From assembly GCA_015488275.1 (NCBI GenBank), contig WFOD01000047.1:781-24780 (forward strand): a stretch of 24,000 nt of DNA. Direction: 5' to 3'. Positions 1 to 9,936 of the stretch are shown here, in pieces. The DNA comes from Deltaproteobacteria bacterium. Its GTDB lineage: Bacteria; Desulfobacterota; Desulfobulbia; Desulfobulbales; S012-135. The position numbers and the translations under genes were made by a program. Positions within the stretch are counted from its first letter, which is position 1. Each line of letters starts with the position of its first letter. The notes beneath the pieces are model-generated. The model made no database searches. It was not told the origin of the DNA and was given only the letters and a program-made list of their open reading frames with translations.

Positions 1-1
1 C

Positions 2-202
2 TACGGCATGGAAGAGGCGGGCGGCACCCAGTGCCTGCTCCTTGCCGGCGTGGACTTCGACCTGCTCGGCTTCAATCCCCGTATCGACAACGTACCCTAT
101 CCGCAGTTCACCTGGGCCTATATCAAGAAAGTGCCGGTGCTCATCGGCCTGCTCTTGGCCGCTGGCACAGCGATCCACCGGTTGACCAGGGAACGCGACT
201 GA
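2..202 (+). CDS. hybA: C-terminal end of a HybA-like 4Fe-4S ferredoxin-type hydrogenase electron-transfer subunit (5' end lies outside the window)
   Basis: The frame is open from the window edge to TGA 200-202. [24 protein letters not shown] resembles the YGE-EAGGTQ-L-L-GV-F--L segment near the C-terminus of HybA/NrfC/PsrB-type subunits (recalled from memory). A hydrophobic C-terminal anchor follows ([15 protein letters not shown]). It lies directly upstream of the large subunit. Confidence 0.5.
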   Translation, partial: YGMEEAGGTQCLLLAGVDFDLLGFNPRIDNVPYPQFTWAYIKKVPVLIGLLLAAGTAIHRLTRERD

Positions 203-228
203 ACGAACTCACCACTGGAGGAAGACAC

Positions 229-1929
229 ATGGCGCGGCGCATCACCATCGACCCGGTAACCCGAATCGAGGGCCACCTGCGTATCGACTGCGAGGTCCGC
301 GACGGCGCAGTGACAAAGGCGTGGTCCTCGGGCCAGATGTGGCGGGGATTCGAGCTGATCCTCCAGGGCCGCGATCCTCTGGAGGCATGGCTGTACACCC
401 AGCGGTTCTGCGGCGTGTGAACGTCGGTGCACGCACTGGTCTCAGTGCGTACAGTGGAAAACGCCCTCAACCTCGAGGTGCCGAAAAACGCCCAGTACAT
501 CCGCAACATGATCATGGGCGCCCATGCGGTGCACGATCACATCGTCCACTTCTACCATCTCTGCGCCCTGGACTGGGTGGATATCGTTTCCGCCTTGTCA
601 GCCGATCCGCGGGCCGCGGCCCGCTTGGCCCAGAGCCTCTCCGACTGGCACCGCAACACCTACGAGGAGATGAAGGCCACCCAGGAGCGGCTCCAAGCCC
701 TGGTCAACTCAGGCCAACTTGGCGTTTTCGGCTCAGGGTACTGGGGCCATCCGGCCATGAAGCTGCCGCCAGAGGTCAACCTGCTGGCGGCCACCCATTA
801 CCTCCAGGCCCTGGAGTACCAGCGGGAGATCAACAAGGTGGTGGCCCTGCTGGGCGGCAAAACGCCCCACATCCAAAACGTGGCCGTGGGCGGCGTGGCC
901 AATCCCATCAACCTGGACAGCCCGGACACCCTGAACATGGAACGGCTGTACCACATCCGCACCCTGCTCGACAAGGCCGACGCCTTTGTCAAGAAGGTGG
1001 CCCTGGTGGATGTGGCCGCGGTAGGCGCCTTCTACGCCGACTGGACCGCGCATGGCACCGGGGTGACCAACTACCTTTCCGCGCCGGACATGCCAATGGA
1101 CGAACAGGGAACAGAGTTCTTCCTCCCCGGCGGCTACATCCCGGCCGGTGATGTGGGGGCCTTTACCGCCATCACCTCGTTCGACGATCCGTTTTTTGAA
1201 AAAAACGTCCAGGAATCGATCAAACACTCCTGGTACGACGGCGACTGGCACCGCCATCCCTACGAGGAGGAAACCGTGCCCCGCTACACCGATTTCCAGG
1301 ACGATGGCAAGTACTCGTGGGTCAAGTCGCCAACCTTCAAGGACGAGCCCGCCCAGGTGGGCCCCCTGGCCAACGTGCTGTGTATGTACGCCGCTGGCCA
1401 CGAGCCGACCAAGAAGTACGTGCACCAGGTCCTCGACACGGTGTCCACTCTGGCCAAAACCAAGGTGGGCGTCCCAGCCCTGCACTCGACCATCGGCCGG
1501 ATCGCGGCCCGGGTGGTCCGCTGCGCCGTGCTCAACGACACGCTGGCCCACCAGTGGCGGTCCCTGGTGGCCAACATCGAGTCGGGCGACACCAGCACCT
1601 TCAACCCGCCATCCATGCCCAGCGGCACGGTGCAGGGATTCGGTTTCCACGAGGCCCCGCGGGGCATTCTCTCCCACTGGATCGTCATCGACAACGGCAA
1701 GGTCAAGAACTACCAGGCCGTGGTGCCCTCCACCTGGAACGCCGGGCCGCGCAATCACAACGATGCGCCCGGCCCTTACGAGGCGGCGCTGGTCGGCACG
1801 CCGCTGGCCGATCCAGAACAGCCCCTGGAGGTCCTGCGCACCATCCATTCCTTTGATCCATGCCTGGCGTGCGCCATCCATCTGTTTGACCCCGCTGGCG
1901 GCGAGCTGGTGCAGGTGCGGGCGCTGTGA
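229..1929 (+). CDS. hybC: [NiFe]-hydrogenase large subunit, HybC-type, read through an in-frame UGA at 418-420 (predicted selenocysteine)
   Basis: GGAGGA (217-222) precedes ATG 229. The N-terminus [23 protein letters not shown]...QRFCGV-[TGA][16 protein letters not shown] is collinear with E. coli HybC. The track ORFs 31-420 and 427-1929 are in the same frame. The C-terminus has the DPCLACAIH motif (1855-1881) plus a 15-aa extension for proteolytic maturation. Internal conserved blocks include [39 protein letters not shown] and [10 protein letters not shown]. Confidence 0.85.
418..420 (+). other. In-frame UGA at the position of the second Cys of the RxCGxC (L1) motif; predicted Sec codon
   Basis: It is the only stop interrupting an otherwise full-length large-subunit frame. 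It aligns to a metal-ligating Cys. A SECIS-like hairpin follows. Confidence 0.7.
428..453 (+). promoter_or_regulatory. SECIS-like stem-loop within the coding sequence, downstream of the UGA
   Basis: Perfect 7-bp stem ACGCACT (431-437) / AGTGCGT (444-450) with loop GGTCTC (438-443). Two further pairs are possible below a C/A mismatch (428-429 with 452-453). The loop GGUC sits at +21 to +24 counted from the U of UGA; in E. coli fdhF it sits at +22 to +25. Confidence 0.65.
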
Positions 1930-2552
1930 AAGCGACAGGCCAACACAAAGGCCACAGGTCAAGGGACAGGCACGACGGCCCAGGGCGGCGGCCGGCCATC
2001 CTGGTGGTTGGAGTGGGCAACGTCTTGTTGCGCGACGAAGGGGTAGGGCTGCACGTGCTGGCCGAACTGGCCCGCCACTACCGGTTCGGTCCTGATACCG
2101 AACTGCTGGACGGCGGCACGTCTGGCATTGAGCTGTTGCGGCATGTGACGGGCCGGGAACTGTGCCTCTTCATCGACGCCATGCAATCCGGCGCGCCTCC
2201 GGGCACGGTGACGGTCTTTCGCGACCAGCAGGTAGGGGCGCGGCTCTCCTCCCGCATCTCGCCCCACCAACTGGGGCTTTCCGACCTCCTAGCCGCCGCC
2301 TTGCTCACTGGCGAGACGCCCAAGCGGGTGGTTCTGGTGGGCATCGAGCCGGCGGTCCTCGATCCAGGGGTCGATCTTTCGCCCCCAGTGGCCCGCGCCG
2401 TGCCAGAGGCCATGCGCCGGGTCATTGCCGAGCTTGCCGCCCACGGGGCGCAAGCACGACCACGGACAGAGCCGCTAACGGGAGGGCCGCGCTTTTTCTG
2501 GCGCAACGAACGGGAGCCTCAGGAGCATACAACGGTCCAGGCAACGGGCTGA
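1926..2552 (+). CDS. hybD: Hydrogenase maturation endopeptidase (HybD/HyaD/HupD family)
   Basis: ILVVGVGNVLLRDEGVGLHV, LLDGGTSG, FIDAM and SPHQLG match the family metal-binding Glu/Asp/His blocks. The GTG start overlaps the hybC stop (GTGA). The true start is uncertain because of a basic N-terminal extension. Confidence 0.88.
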   Translation: MKATGQHKGHRSRDRHDGPGRRPAILVVGVGNVLLRDEGVGLHVLAELARHYRFGPDTELLDGGTSGIELLRHVTGRELCLFIDAMQSGAPPGTVTVFRDQQVGARLSSRISPHQLGLSDLLAAALLTGETPKRVVLVGIEPAVLDPGVDLSPPVARAVPEAMRRVIAELAAHGAQARPRTEPLTGGPRFFWRNEREPQEHTTVQATG

Positions 2553-2568
2553 GCAAGGAGACAGGAAG

Positions 2569-3702
2569 ATGAACGGGCAACAGCACGACATCAAGATGTG
2601 GACCCCGCATACAGTGATCCTTTTCGTCCTCATGCTGGTGGGCCTTGCCGCCATGACCTACCGGCTCCTTTACGGCCTCGGCGCCGCCTCGGGCATGAAC
2701 GACGTGTATCCCTGGGGCTTCTGGCTCGCCTTCGACGTGTTGGGCGGAGTGGCGATGGCCGCTGGCGGATTCATCATCGCCTGTGCCATCTACATCTTTA
2801 ACTGGAAGAAATACAAGCCCATTGGCAGGCCGGCCATCCTCACCGCCTTTCTCGGCTACCTCATGGCCGTGGTCGCCCTGTTTCTCGATATCGGCCATCC
2901 CTTGCGCCTCTGGCATCCGATGGTCATGTGGCAGGTCCATTCGGTGATGTGGGTGGTGGCGATCCATGTCATCCTCTACACCACCACCTTGGGCATCGAA
3001 TCGTCGCCCATGCTCTTGGAAAAACTCGGCTGGCAACGCACGCTGGCCGTGCTCAAAAAGCTGATGGTGGGAGCGGTCATCTTTGGCGTCATGCTCTCCA
3101 CCCTGCACCAGGCATCCTTGGGCGCGGTCTTTTTGATCACCGGCCCCCGCATGTCGCCTCTGTGGTACACCCAGTTTCTGCCTTATCTTTTCCTGGTCTC
3201 GGCCATCGCTATGGGCCTGGCAATGGTGAGCATGGAGGCGATGTTCAGCTCTTGGGCCTTCAACCACCGCATCCCAGGCGAAATCTTTACCGGCCTGGCG
3301 GCCGGCCTGCGCAACACCTTGGCCGTCTACCTCGTTCTCAAGCTTTTTTTCCTCATCAAGAACGCTGGCATTGGCGCAGCCCTGGACGGCAGCCTGGCCG
3401 GCAACATGTACCTGGCCGAGATGCTCATCGGCGTGGTGATGCCGCTCGCCGTGCTCACCTTTGCCGGCACCCATCTGGACCGCCTTTCGCTCCTCGTGGT
3501 CAACGTGCTGGTCATCGGCGGCGTGCTCCTCAACCGGCTCAACGTCTGTCTGTTCAGCATGGAGGAGTACGCTGAATTCCGGGGCGGCTCCTACCTGCCT
3601 ACCTTGCCCGAGCTGCTCATCACTCTTGGCATCGTGGCCCTGGGCGTGTTCCTTTTCAAGATGGCGGCCAAACACCTGCCGCTCTTTGCCGCGGAAAATT
3701 GA
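2569..3702 (+). CDS. hybB: NrfD/PsrC-family integral membrane subunit of the hydrogenase (HybB-like)
   Basis: AAGGAG lies upstream of ATG 2569. The protein is polytopic and hydrophobic. YPWGFWLAFDVLGGVAMAAGGF, LEKLGW, STLHQASLGAVFL and LPTLPELLITLGIVAL are collinear with E. coli HybB as recalled. Confidence 0.85.
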   Translation: MNGQQHDIKMWTPHTVILFVLMLVGLAAMTYRLLYGLGAASGMNDVYPWGFWLAFDVLGGVAMAAGGFIIACAIYIFNWKKYKPIGRPAILTAFLGYLMAVVALFLDIGHPLRLWHPMVMWQVHSVMWVVAIHVILYTTTLGIESSPMLLEKLGWQRTLAVLKKLMVGAVIFGVMLSTLHQASLGAVFLITGPRMSPLWYTQFLPYLFLVSAIAMGLAMVSMEAMFSSWAFNHRIPGEIFTGLAAGLRNTLAVYLVLKLFFLIKNAGIGAALDGSLAGNMYLAEMLIGVVMPLAVLTFAGTHLDRLSLLVVNVLVIGGVLLNRLNVCLFSMEEYAEFRGGSYLPTLPELLITLGIVALGVFLFKMAAKHLPLFAAEN

Positions 3703-3741
3703 GGGGCCCGAAGTCAAGCTTGCCGTGCTACAATACCGGAC

Positions 3742-4083
3742 ATGCATGAGTTGAGCTTGGCATGTTCGCTGGTGGATCTGGCCTGCCAGCGGGCGCAAGA
3801 GGAAGGGGCGAGCCGCATCACCGCCCTGGAGGTCGAGGTGGGGGCCCTGGCCGGAGTGATGCGCGAGGCCCTGGCCTTTGGCTTTGAGGCCGCCTGCCGC
3901 GACACCCTGGCCCAAGGGGCGCGACTCGTGATCATCGAGGAGCCGGCCAAGGGTGTATGCAGCGCATGCCGCGTCACCTGCCGGCTGGCCCGGTTCACCA
4001 TCACCTGCCCGGCCTGCGGCGCGGCGGCGCTCGAAATCAGCGGTGGAGACCGTCTCTGCCTGCGCGCCATTGAGGTAGCGTGA
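3742..4083 (+). CDS. hypA: Hydrogenase nickel-insertion protein HypA
   Basis: N-terminal MHELSL motif. Two CxxC pairs are present (CSACRV ... CPACG). Size is 113 aa. Confidence 0.92.
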   Translation: MHELSLACSLVDLACQRAQEEGASRITALEVEVGALAGVMREALAFGFEAACRDTLAQGARLVIIEEPAKGVCSACRVTCRLARFTITCPACGAAALEISGGDRLCLRAIEVA

Positions 4084-4179
4084 GCCAACAAGCGGCGGCG
4101 CAAACGTAAAAGTGATCACAGGACTGCCTCTTCGAACGCCGAAGTCGCAGCCTCGCAGACCAGCAACCAAGGATCCATC

Positions 4180-4902
4180 ATGTGCACCGACTGCGGTTGC
4201 CACCCGCATCATCCCGACGACACCCCGCATACGGGTGATCCAGGGGACGGGTACGCCTCCCGCCGTCTCTTGGTGGAGGCGGCGGCCACTGCGGCCAACG
4301 ACGAGACGGCCCGCCACAACCGGGAGGCGTTTCGCCGCCAGCGGCTCACGGCCCTCAACCTGATGAGCTCGCCAGGGGCGGGCAAGACATCGATCCTGGA
4401 GCGGACCATCCGCCACCTGGCCGGCCGCCGGCCGGTATATGTCATCGAGGGTGACCAGCAGACGCGCAACGACGCCGAGCGGATCGAGCGGGCCGGCGCA
4501 ACAGCGGTACAGATCAACACGGGCAGCGGCTGCCATCTGGAGGCCGGCATGGTGGCCCGGGCCGTGGAGCGGCTCGATCCCCTTCCAGGCGGCCTGCTGT
4601 TCATCGAGAACGTCGGCAACCTCGTGTGCCCGGCCATGTTCGATCTCGGCGAGCAGGCCAAGGTGGTCATCATCAGCGTAACCGAGGGTGACGACAAGCC
4701 GGAAAAATACCCCTACATGTTCCGGGCCGCCCGGCTCTGCCTGATCAACAAGACCGACCTGCTCCCCTACGTGGACTTTGATCCCGGCCGCTGCCGGCAA
4801 CTCGCCCGGGCGGTGAACCCGCACATCACCTGCATCGAGCTGTCGGCCCGCACCGGCGAGGGATTCGACGCCTGGCTGCAATGGCTTTCCGGGCTGGCGT
4901 AA
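4180..4902 (+). CDS. hypB: Hydrogenase nickel-incorporation GTPase HypB
   Basis: N-terminal MCTDCGC high-affinity metal motif. P-loop SSPGAGKTS. Also ENVGNLVCPA and the NKTDL G4 motif. Confidence 0.95.
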   Translation: MCTDCGCHPHHPDDTPHTGDPGDGYASRRLLVEAAATAANDETARHNREAFRRQRLTALNLMSSPGAGKTSILERTIRHLAGRRPVYVIEGDQQTRNDAERIERAGATAVQINTGSGCHLEAGMVARAVERLDPLPGGLLFIENVGNLVCPAMFDLGEQAKVVIISVTEGDDKPEKYPYMFRAARLCLINKTDLLPYVDFDPGRCRQLARAVNPHITCIELSARTGEGFDAWLQWLSGLA

Positions 4903-7211
4903 AACGCACCGCGAGCCACGCCTTGCCGCGCCCGCGCCACGGGGAGAACGCACGGCTGCGTATCGAGGTGCAAGGTTTTGTCCAGGGCGTGGGCTTCCGG
5001 CCACACGTCTATCGCCTGGCCACCCGCCTCGGGCTCAGCGGCTTTGTGCGCAACACGCCAGCAGGCGTGGAGATCGAAGTGCAGGGGCCGGCCGGGACGC
5101 TGGCCCGCTTTCAGGACGAACTTGCGGCCTCGCCACCGCCGGCGGCCCGTATCCTGGCCCTGCACACAGAGCGGGTCCGGCCGGGCGCTGAACGCTCTTT
5201 TGTCATCCACCCCTCGACCGCCGGCCACGCGGCCACCGCCCTGGCCAGTCCCGACATCGCCCTGTGCGCCGATTGCCGCCGCGAACTGTTCGCCGCCGGC
5301 GACCGCCGGCACCGCTATCCCTTCATCAACTGCACCAACTGCGGCCCGCGGTTTACCATTATCGAATCCCTGCCGTACGACCGGCCGGCGACCACCATGC
5401 GCTCCTTCACCATGTGCGCGGCCTGCCGACAGGAATACGAGGATCCGGCAGACCGCCGCTTCCACGCCCAGCCCAACGCCTGCCCGGCCTGCGGGCCGGC
5501 ACTCGTGCTGCTGGCCCCTACGGGCGCTCTCCTTGCCCGGCGCGAGGCGGCCCTGGCCGGCGCGCGCCACGAGCTGCGGGCCGGAAACATCGTGGCCATC
5601 AAGGGCATCGGCGGCTTCCACCTCGCCGTGGACGCGGCCAATGCAATGGCCGTGCACCGTCTGCGGCGGCGTAAACGCCGGCCGAGCAAGCCCTTTGCCC
5701 TCATGGTCCGCGACCTTGCCACCGCCCGCCGTATCTGCCGCCTTTCCCCCCAGGAAGAAGCGGCGCTCTGCTCGTGGCGGGCGCCCATCGTGCTCTTGGA
5801 ACGCCTCGCCGCCGCCGATCGCCTCGCCGCCGCCGTGGCCCCAGGACTGGACCGGCTGGGGATCATGCTGCCGTACACGCCGCTCCACCATCTCATCCTG
5901 GCCGACGGACCGGACATCCTGGTCATGACCAGCGGCAACCGCAGCGGTGAACCCATCGTCACCAGCAACGACGAGGCGATGCAGCGCCTCTCCCCGCTGG
6001 CCGACGCCATTCTGGCCCACGACCGCGACATCGTGCTCCCGTGCGACGATTCGGTGGAGATCCAGCTTGGCCAGGGGGTCGTCCCCCTGCGCCGCGGCCG
6101 GGGATGGACGCCGGCCCCCCTGCCCCTCGCCGGTCCGGCTTCCCTTGGCCCGCCGGTGCTCGCCACAGGCGGCGACATGAAAAACGCGGCCTGCACCTTG
6201 CGCCATGACCTCGCCTTTGCCGGACCGCACGTGGGCGACGTGGACACGCCAGCCGGCCTTGCGGCCTTTGCCAAGGCGATCGCCCACATGGAGCATCTCC
6301 TGGGGGTGCGGCCGGAAATCGTGGCCTGCGACCCGCATCCCGACTATCTGACCCGTCAATGGGCCGCGGCCTGCGGCCGCACCGTTGTGGAGGTGCAGCA
6401 CCATCACGCCCACTTTGCCGCCTGCCTGGCCGAAAACCGGCTCAGCGGGCCAGCGGTGGGGCTGATCCTCGACGGCACGGGCTACGGCCTGGACAACACG
6501 ATATGGGGCGGCGAAATCCTGGTGGGCGACGCGCGGCACACGGCGCGGCGCGGCCATCTGCGGCCCCTGCGCCTGGTGGGCGGCGAGCGGGCGATCCGCG
6601 AGCCCTGGCGCACCGGCATCGGCTTTCTTTTGCAAGTGGCGGAACCCAGCCTGCTGCCCGCGCATCTGCAGACCTATCCCTGGCAGATGCTGGCCCAGGC
6701 CCTGGCCGCAGGCATCAACGCGCCGCTCACCACGAGCTGTGGCCGGTTGTTCGACGCGGCCGCCGCCATCACCGGCCGCTGTCTGCGCGCCTCCTTTGAC
6801 GGAGAAGCGCCCATGCGCCTGTCGGCCGCCCTGACCCTGCCCGCCGACCATCTTTACCCGGTGCGCCTGGAGGAAAAGGACGGTATACTGGTGCTCGATA
6901 CCGGCCCGCTCCTGGCCGGCATGGCCGGCGACATGCAAGCCGGCGTCGGGGCCGAGAGGATCAGCGGCCGCTTCCACGCCTCGCTCGCCCATCTCCTGGC
7001 CAGCGCCGCTGCTCAGGTGGCGGCCGACGAGGGGCTCGATATCGTGGTCCTGTCCGGCGGCTGCTGGGCCAACCCGCATCTCTTCCATCTCGTGCGCCGC
7101 GAGCTCGCCGAACGCGGCCTGCGGGTCGCCCGCCACCAATTCCTGCCGCCCGGTGATGGCGGGCTTGGCCTGGGGCAGGCGGTAACGGCGCGGTTGCGGG
7201 CGGCCGGTTAG
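4881..7211 (+). CDS. hypF: Carbamoyltransferase HypF
   Basis: Acylphosphatase-like VQGVGFRPHVYRLA. Two zinc-finger repeats (CADCRREL..NCTNCGPRFTII and CAACRQEY..ACPACGP). YrdC-like IKGIGGFHLA and a Kae1-like C-terminal half. Starts 22 nt inside the hypB 3' end; the exact start is uncertain. Confidence 0.93.
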   Translation: MAFRAGVKRTASHALPRPRHGENARLRIEVQGFVQGVGFRPHVYRLATRLGLSGFVRNTPAGVEIEVQGPAGTLARFQDELAASPPPAARILALHTERVRPGAERSFVIHPSTAGHAATALASPDIALCADCRRELFAAGDRRHRYPFINCTNCGPRFTIIESLPYDRPATTMRSFTMCAACRQEYEDPADRRFHAQPNACPACGPALVLLAPTGALLARREAALAGARHELRAGNIVAIKGIGGFHLAVDAANAMAVHRLRRRKRRPSKPFALMVRDLATARRICRLSPQEEAALCSWRAPIVLLERLAAADRLAAAVAPGLDRLGIMLPYTPLHHLILADGPDILVMTSGNRSGEPIVTSNDEAMQRLSPLADAILAHDRDIVLPCDDSVEIQLGQGVVPLRRGRGWTPAPLPLAGPASLGPPVLATGGDMKNAACTLRHDLAFAGPHVGDVDTPAGLAAFAKAIAHMEHLLGVRPEIVACDPHPDYLTRQWAAACGRTVVEVQHHHAHFAACLAENRLSGPAVGLILDGTGYGLDNTIWGGEILVGDARHTARRGHLRPLRLVGGERAIREPWRTGIGFLLQVAEPSLLPAHLQTYPWQMLAQALAAGINAPLTTSCGRLFDAAAAITGRCLRASFDGEAPMRLSAALTLPADHLYPVRLEEKDGILVLDTGPLLAGMAGDMQAGVGAERISGRFHASLAHLLASAAAQVAADEGLDIVVLSGGCWANPHLFHLVRRELAERGLRVARHQFLPPGDGGLGLGQAVTARLRAAG

Positions 7212-7233
7212 CAGCCCGTTGCACAACGGGCTG
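7212..7233. repeat. Short palindromic hairpin CAGCCCGT-tgcaca-ACGGGCTG immediately after the hypF stop
   Basis: 8-bp perfect inverted repeat read directly. The same stem sequence recurs at 9890-9916 and as the basal stem of element C (20059-20100). Confidence 0.55.
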
Positions 7234-7323
7234 TGCGCGACACACGGATGCGCCACTGACGCTGCAGATGGGATACCCTGTGACCAGATACCTGCCGGAA
7301 ACACCAAGGAGGAGCCATACGCC

Positions 7324-7662
7324 ATGTGTCTCGCCATCCCAGGCCAGGTAGCCACGATCACCGACGAGGGAGGCTTGCGCATGGCCGAGGTGGCCTACGG
7401 TCCTGTCCGCAACAGGGTCTGTTTGGCATATCTGCCAGAGGCCAAGGTCGGCGACTTTGTGATCGTCCACGCAGGGTTCGCCATCTCGATCCTGGACGAG
7501 GCCGAGGCGGCCGAGCGCCTGGCCGCCTGGCGCGAGTACGTGGAGGAGGCCCGGCGGGCTGGAATGGAGATCCCAGAAGCCGATACCGTACTCCAGGCCC
7601 TGGAGACGCCGGAACGCCCCAAGAAGCACGTTACGGACGACGACCATCACGAACGCCGCTGA
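7324..7662 (+). CDS. hypC: Hydrogenase assembly chaperone HypC
   Basis: [10 protein letters not shown]-terminus, where the essential Cys2 must follow the initiator Met. AGGAGG lies about 12 nt upstream. [17 protein letters not shown] core. The charged C-terminal tail is longer than usual. Confidence 0.9.
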   Translation: MCLAIPGQVATITDEGGLRMAEVAYGPVRNRVCLAYLPEAKVGDFVIVHAGFAISILDEAEAAERLAAWREYVEEARRAGMEIPEADTVLQALETPERPKKHVTDDDHHERR

Positions 7663-7685
7663 CCGCCCGCTCCTGGAGCCAAACC

Positions 7686-8782
<1,097 letters not shown>

Positions 8783-8786
<4 letters not shown>

Positions 8787-9844
8787 ACCGCGCCAAGCCC
8801 CCTCCTTCTTGCCCCCTGCCAGGAGCCGCCGCCGGCAACGGCCGCATCACCCTGGCGCACGGAAGCGGCGGCCGGCTGAGCGCCGAACTCATCGAGCGCC
8901 TCGTGCGCCGCCACTTCAGCAATCCGGCCCTCGACCGGCTGGAAGACGCGGCCACCCTGCCCGCCACCAGCGGCCGGCTGGCCTTTTCCACCGACACCTT
9001 TGTTGTCCAACCGCGTTTTTTCCCTGGCGGCAACATCGGCGAGTTGGCGGTGAACGGCACGGTGAACGATCTCGCCATGATGGGGGCCCGTCCCCGCTGG
9101 TTGAGCGTGGGGTTTGTGCTGGAAGAGGGCTTTTCCCTGGCCGAACTCGAAGAGATCTGCGCCAGCATGCGCCAGGCCGCGGACAACGCCGGGGTAACGA
9201 TCGTGACCGGCGACACCAAGGTGGTGGGACGCGGCGGCTGCGACGGCCTGTTCATCAATACCGCTGGGATCGGCGTGGTGCCGGAGGGCGTGGATCTGGG
9301 CGCGCACCGCATCCAGGCCGGCGACCGCCTCATCGTCTCTGGTCCGATCGGCAGTCATGGCATGGCCGTGATGCTCGCCCGCGGCCAGCTCTCCTTTGCC
9401 TCGGAGATCGCCAGCGACACCGCGCCCCTGGCCGGGCTGGCCGTCGATATCCTGCGCGCCGCAGGCAGCGGCCTCCACGCCATGCGCGACGCCACCCGCG
9501 GCGGTCTTGGCGCAGTGCTGGCCGAGTTCGGCCGCGCCGCTTCCCTTGGCATGGAGATCACCGAACAACGGCTTCCCGTGCCGCCGGACGTCCAGGCCGC
9601 CTGCGACATCCTGGGCCTCGACCCGCTCTTCGTGGCCAACGAAGGGGTGCTGGTGGCCGTGGTGACGCCGGAGACGGCGGACGCCGTGCTCGCCGCCTGC
9701 CACGCGCATCCGCAAGGCAGGCACGCGGCCTGCATCGGCGCGGTGTGCGCCGAGCATCCTGGCAAACTCCTCAGACGCACGCCCTTTGGCGGCCGGCAAA
9801 TCGTGGCCGTTCCAGCGGGCGAGCTGCTGCCGCGCATCTGTTGA
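8783..9844 (+). CDS. hypE: Hydrogenase maturation protein HypE (carbamoyl dehydratase)
   Basis: ATGA overlap with the hypD stop. LAHGSGG N-terminal motif, AIR-synthase-like body, and the C-terminal PRIC motif ending the protein. Confidence 0.95.
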
Positions 9845-9889
9845 CAACAGATGCCGCGCCCAGCCACCGTCCACAACACAACAACCAAC

Positions 9890-9916
9890 CAGCCCGTTCT
9901 TCTTGGCGACGGGCTG
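9890..9916. repeat. Hairpin CAGCCCGT-(11 nt)-ACGGGCTG downstream of hypE; possible operon-end structure
   Basis: 8-bp perfect inverted repeat with the same arms as 7212-7233. No U-tract follows, so it is not a classical intrinsic terminator. Confidence 0.45.
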
Positions 9917-9936
9917 ATGCGGAGCCTTAATCAATC

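Noticed and set aside
418-420. TGA reassigned genome-wide (Trp or Gly code)
   Set aside because: TGA terminates several well-defined genes at family-typical lengths: hybA 200-202, hybD 2550-2552, hypA 4081-4083, hypD 8784-8786 and thrC 13361-13363 on the minus strand.
229-1929. The large subunit as a pseudogene (nonsense mutation), or as a naturally split gene (63-aa peptide plus a GTG-started 500-aa protein at 427)
   Set aside because: The stop hits exactly a ligand Cys codon and is followed by a SECIS-like hairpin. No other lesions occur in 500 downstream codons, and the full maturation machinery is intact. A split at this point would delete an essential metal ligand from both pieces. A pseudogene remains the fallback if the genome lacks sel genes.
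3703-3741. Internal promoter for hypA around TACAAT (3728-3733)
   Set aside because: There is no acceptable -35 element at 16-18 nt. hypA is most simply co-transcribed with the upstream hydrogenase genes.
7219-7323. N-terminal extension of HypC from ATG 7219 (MHNGLCATHG...)
   Set aside because: HypC function requires Cys directly after the initiator Met (MCLAIPG). A strong AGGAGG precedes ATG 7324. ATG 7219 lies inside the post-hypF hairpin.
9890-9916. Classical Rho-independent terminator after hypE, and likewise at 7212-7233 and for elements A-C
   Set aside because: The stems are GC-rich, but none is followed by a U-tract on either strand. They are therefore reported as palindromic repeats, with the termination role left open.
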